Below, piece after piece: positions 62,864 to 64,000 of a DNA stretch of 64,000 bases (the stretch's first letter is position 1; the number at the start of each line of letters is the position of its first letter). Origin of the DNA: Phoronis australis. Its lineage: Eukaryota > Animalia > Phoronida. Made by a program: the position numbers and the translations under genes. Below the pieces are notes generated by a model. That model searched no databases, was not told where the DNA came from, and worked only from the letters and a program-made list of their open reading frames with translations. The stretch is taken from assembly GCA_002633005.1 (NCBI GenBank), contig NMRA01000024.1, positions 1,349,776 through 1,413,775 of the forward strand, read 5' to 3'.

Positions 62864-64000
62864 ATCTGTTGTTAACAGAAATGTATTGCGCCACCCGACC
62901 TCAGGGACTCATAAGCATATATGAGTAGTAATAGTCGGACTTGAGAAATAAAATTTGCAAAAAAATAATGAAGCACCTTGATGTTCACGAGTTACAACTG
63001 CCGAATGCTCGTGATCTAGAACGAGACGGCATGTTCTTTCCATCCGGGCTAGTTGGAAACAAACAAAAAGCACAATTTTTGTTTTTTTAGTTTCCTAGTC
63101 ATACAGAAAACTGACAAGAAAGTACTATTTGAAATCGCCAGCATCTCACGAATTGGCCCCCAAAAGCTCCTCATAAATGGCTGTACACAAAAATGGGCAA
63201 AATTTACCACATTTCTGCGCTCCAATTTAGATGGGCTGTAAAAGTGAAGAGACCGTGACTGTCTTCTGATAGAGAGGTTCAATTTTTACATATTATAAAC
63301 ATTTTTTCTTTACCTTTCATTTGCACCGTTCTAAAACTGCTTTACTTACTTTACCTATGTGAACCAAATTGGACCATTTTGGGCAAAATGTTGGTGATAC
63401 TCTTTAAAAATATTGGCCCGAGTAATTTGAAATAAAACCTTTTGAAAAAAATTACAAGGATGTATGAACACGCATTTTTTCAAGATCTTAGTGACCTAGA
63501 GACCGCGTAGAACGGTAGTTAATAACGCTAAGAAAACCCACAGTTAAAGCGTACAAGGCAAATTTATCACCGTCAGTGAATCCTCATGAAACACTTATTT
63601 CACATCTGAAATGCTCTACAACAATGCCCCCCCCCCCCCCCCCNCCCCAGGGCCTTTTGTGATACTTTGGCGCCTCATCGGGAACTCCTTTGAAAAGAAC
63701 CTGTTCGTGTAGTTAGTATGCTGGGGACCCAATTCCGTTTTTGGTTTGCTCTCAGTGGGATTTTGCATTGCCATTTCAACAACTCAGCGATAACTAACAA
63801 CGCTGCATCTTAAACCTAAAGCCAACGTTCAGCCATTAATGTTGAATTCCGAAGCGTTCGGGTTTAAAAACATTAAAAGGCTCACCCGATCTTGAATTAT
63901 TACCGAAGGAGTTGACAACAAAACTCAATAATGATAAGAAAATCTGCAATTTAAGGCAAATTTATCACAACATATCGACTTTCAAAATACAATCACACAT

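Overview
AT-rich eukaryotic genomic DNA, not prokaryotic. The GT-AG introns, gene content and repeat types suggest an invertebrate deuterostome (inference). Two protein-coding genes lie on the minus strand. (1) An intronless Rhes/Dexras(RASD)/Di-Ras-like small GTPase at 5161-6111 that lacks a C-terminal CaaX box. (2) A ~44 kb gene of about 25 coding exons (60608 to 16671, ~1016 aa, assembled by hand from phase-compatible splice sites). Its C-terminal half is HEATR9-like, its ~480 aa N-terminal coiled-coil/low-complexity extension is unrecognised, and an RFX X-box lies upstream. The rest is introns and intergenic DNA rich in non-autonomous DNA transposons, Penelope remnants with decayed hammerhead motifs, SINE-like heads and tandem repeats. 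The most unusual signals are two tandem arrays made of amplified exon-end/5' splice-site junctions, a possible dual-frame splice switch between the two halves of the HEATR9-like gene, a ~225 bp-arm Penelope hairpin next to a fold-back element, and a nest of transposons with 5-bp TSDs. All family assignments come from motif recognition and memory; no database searches were run.
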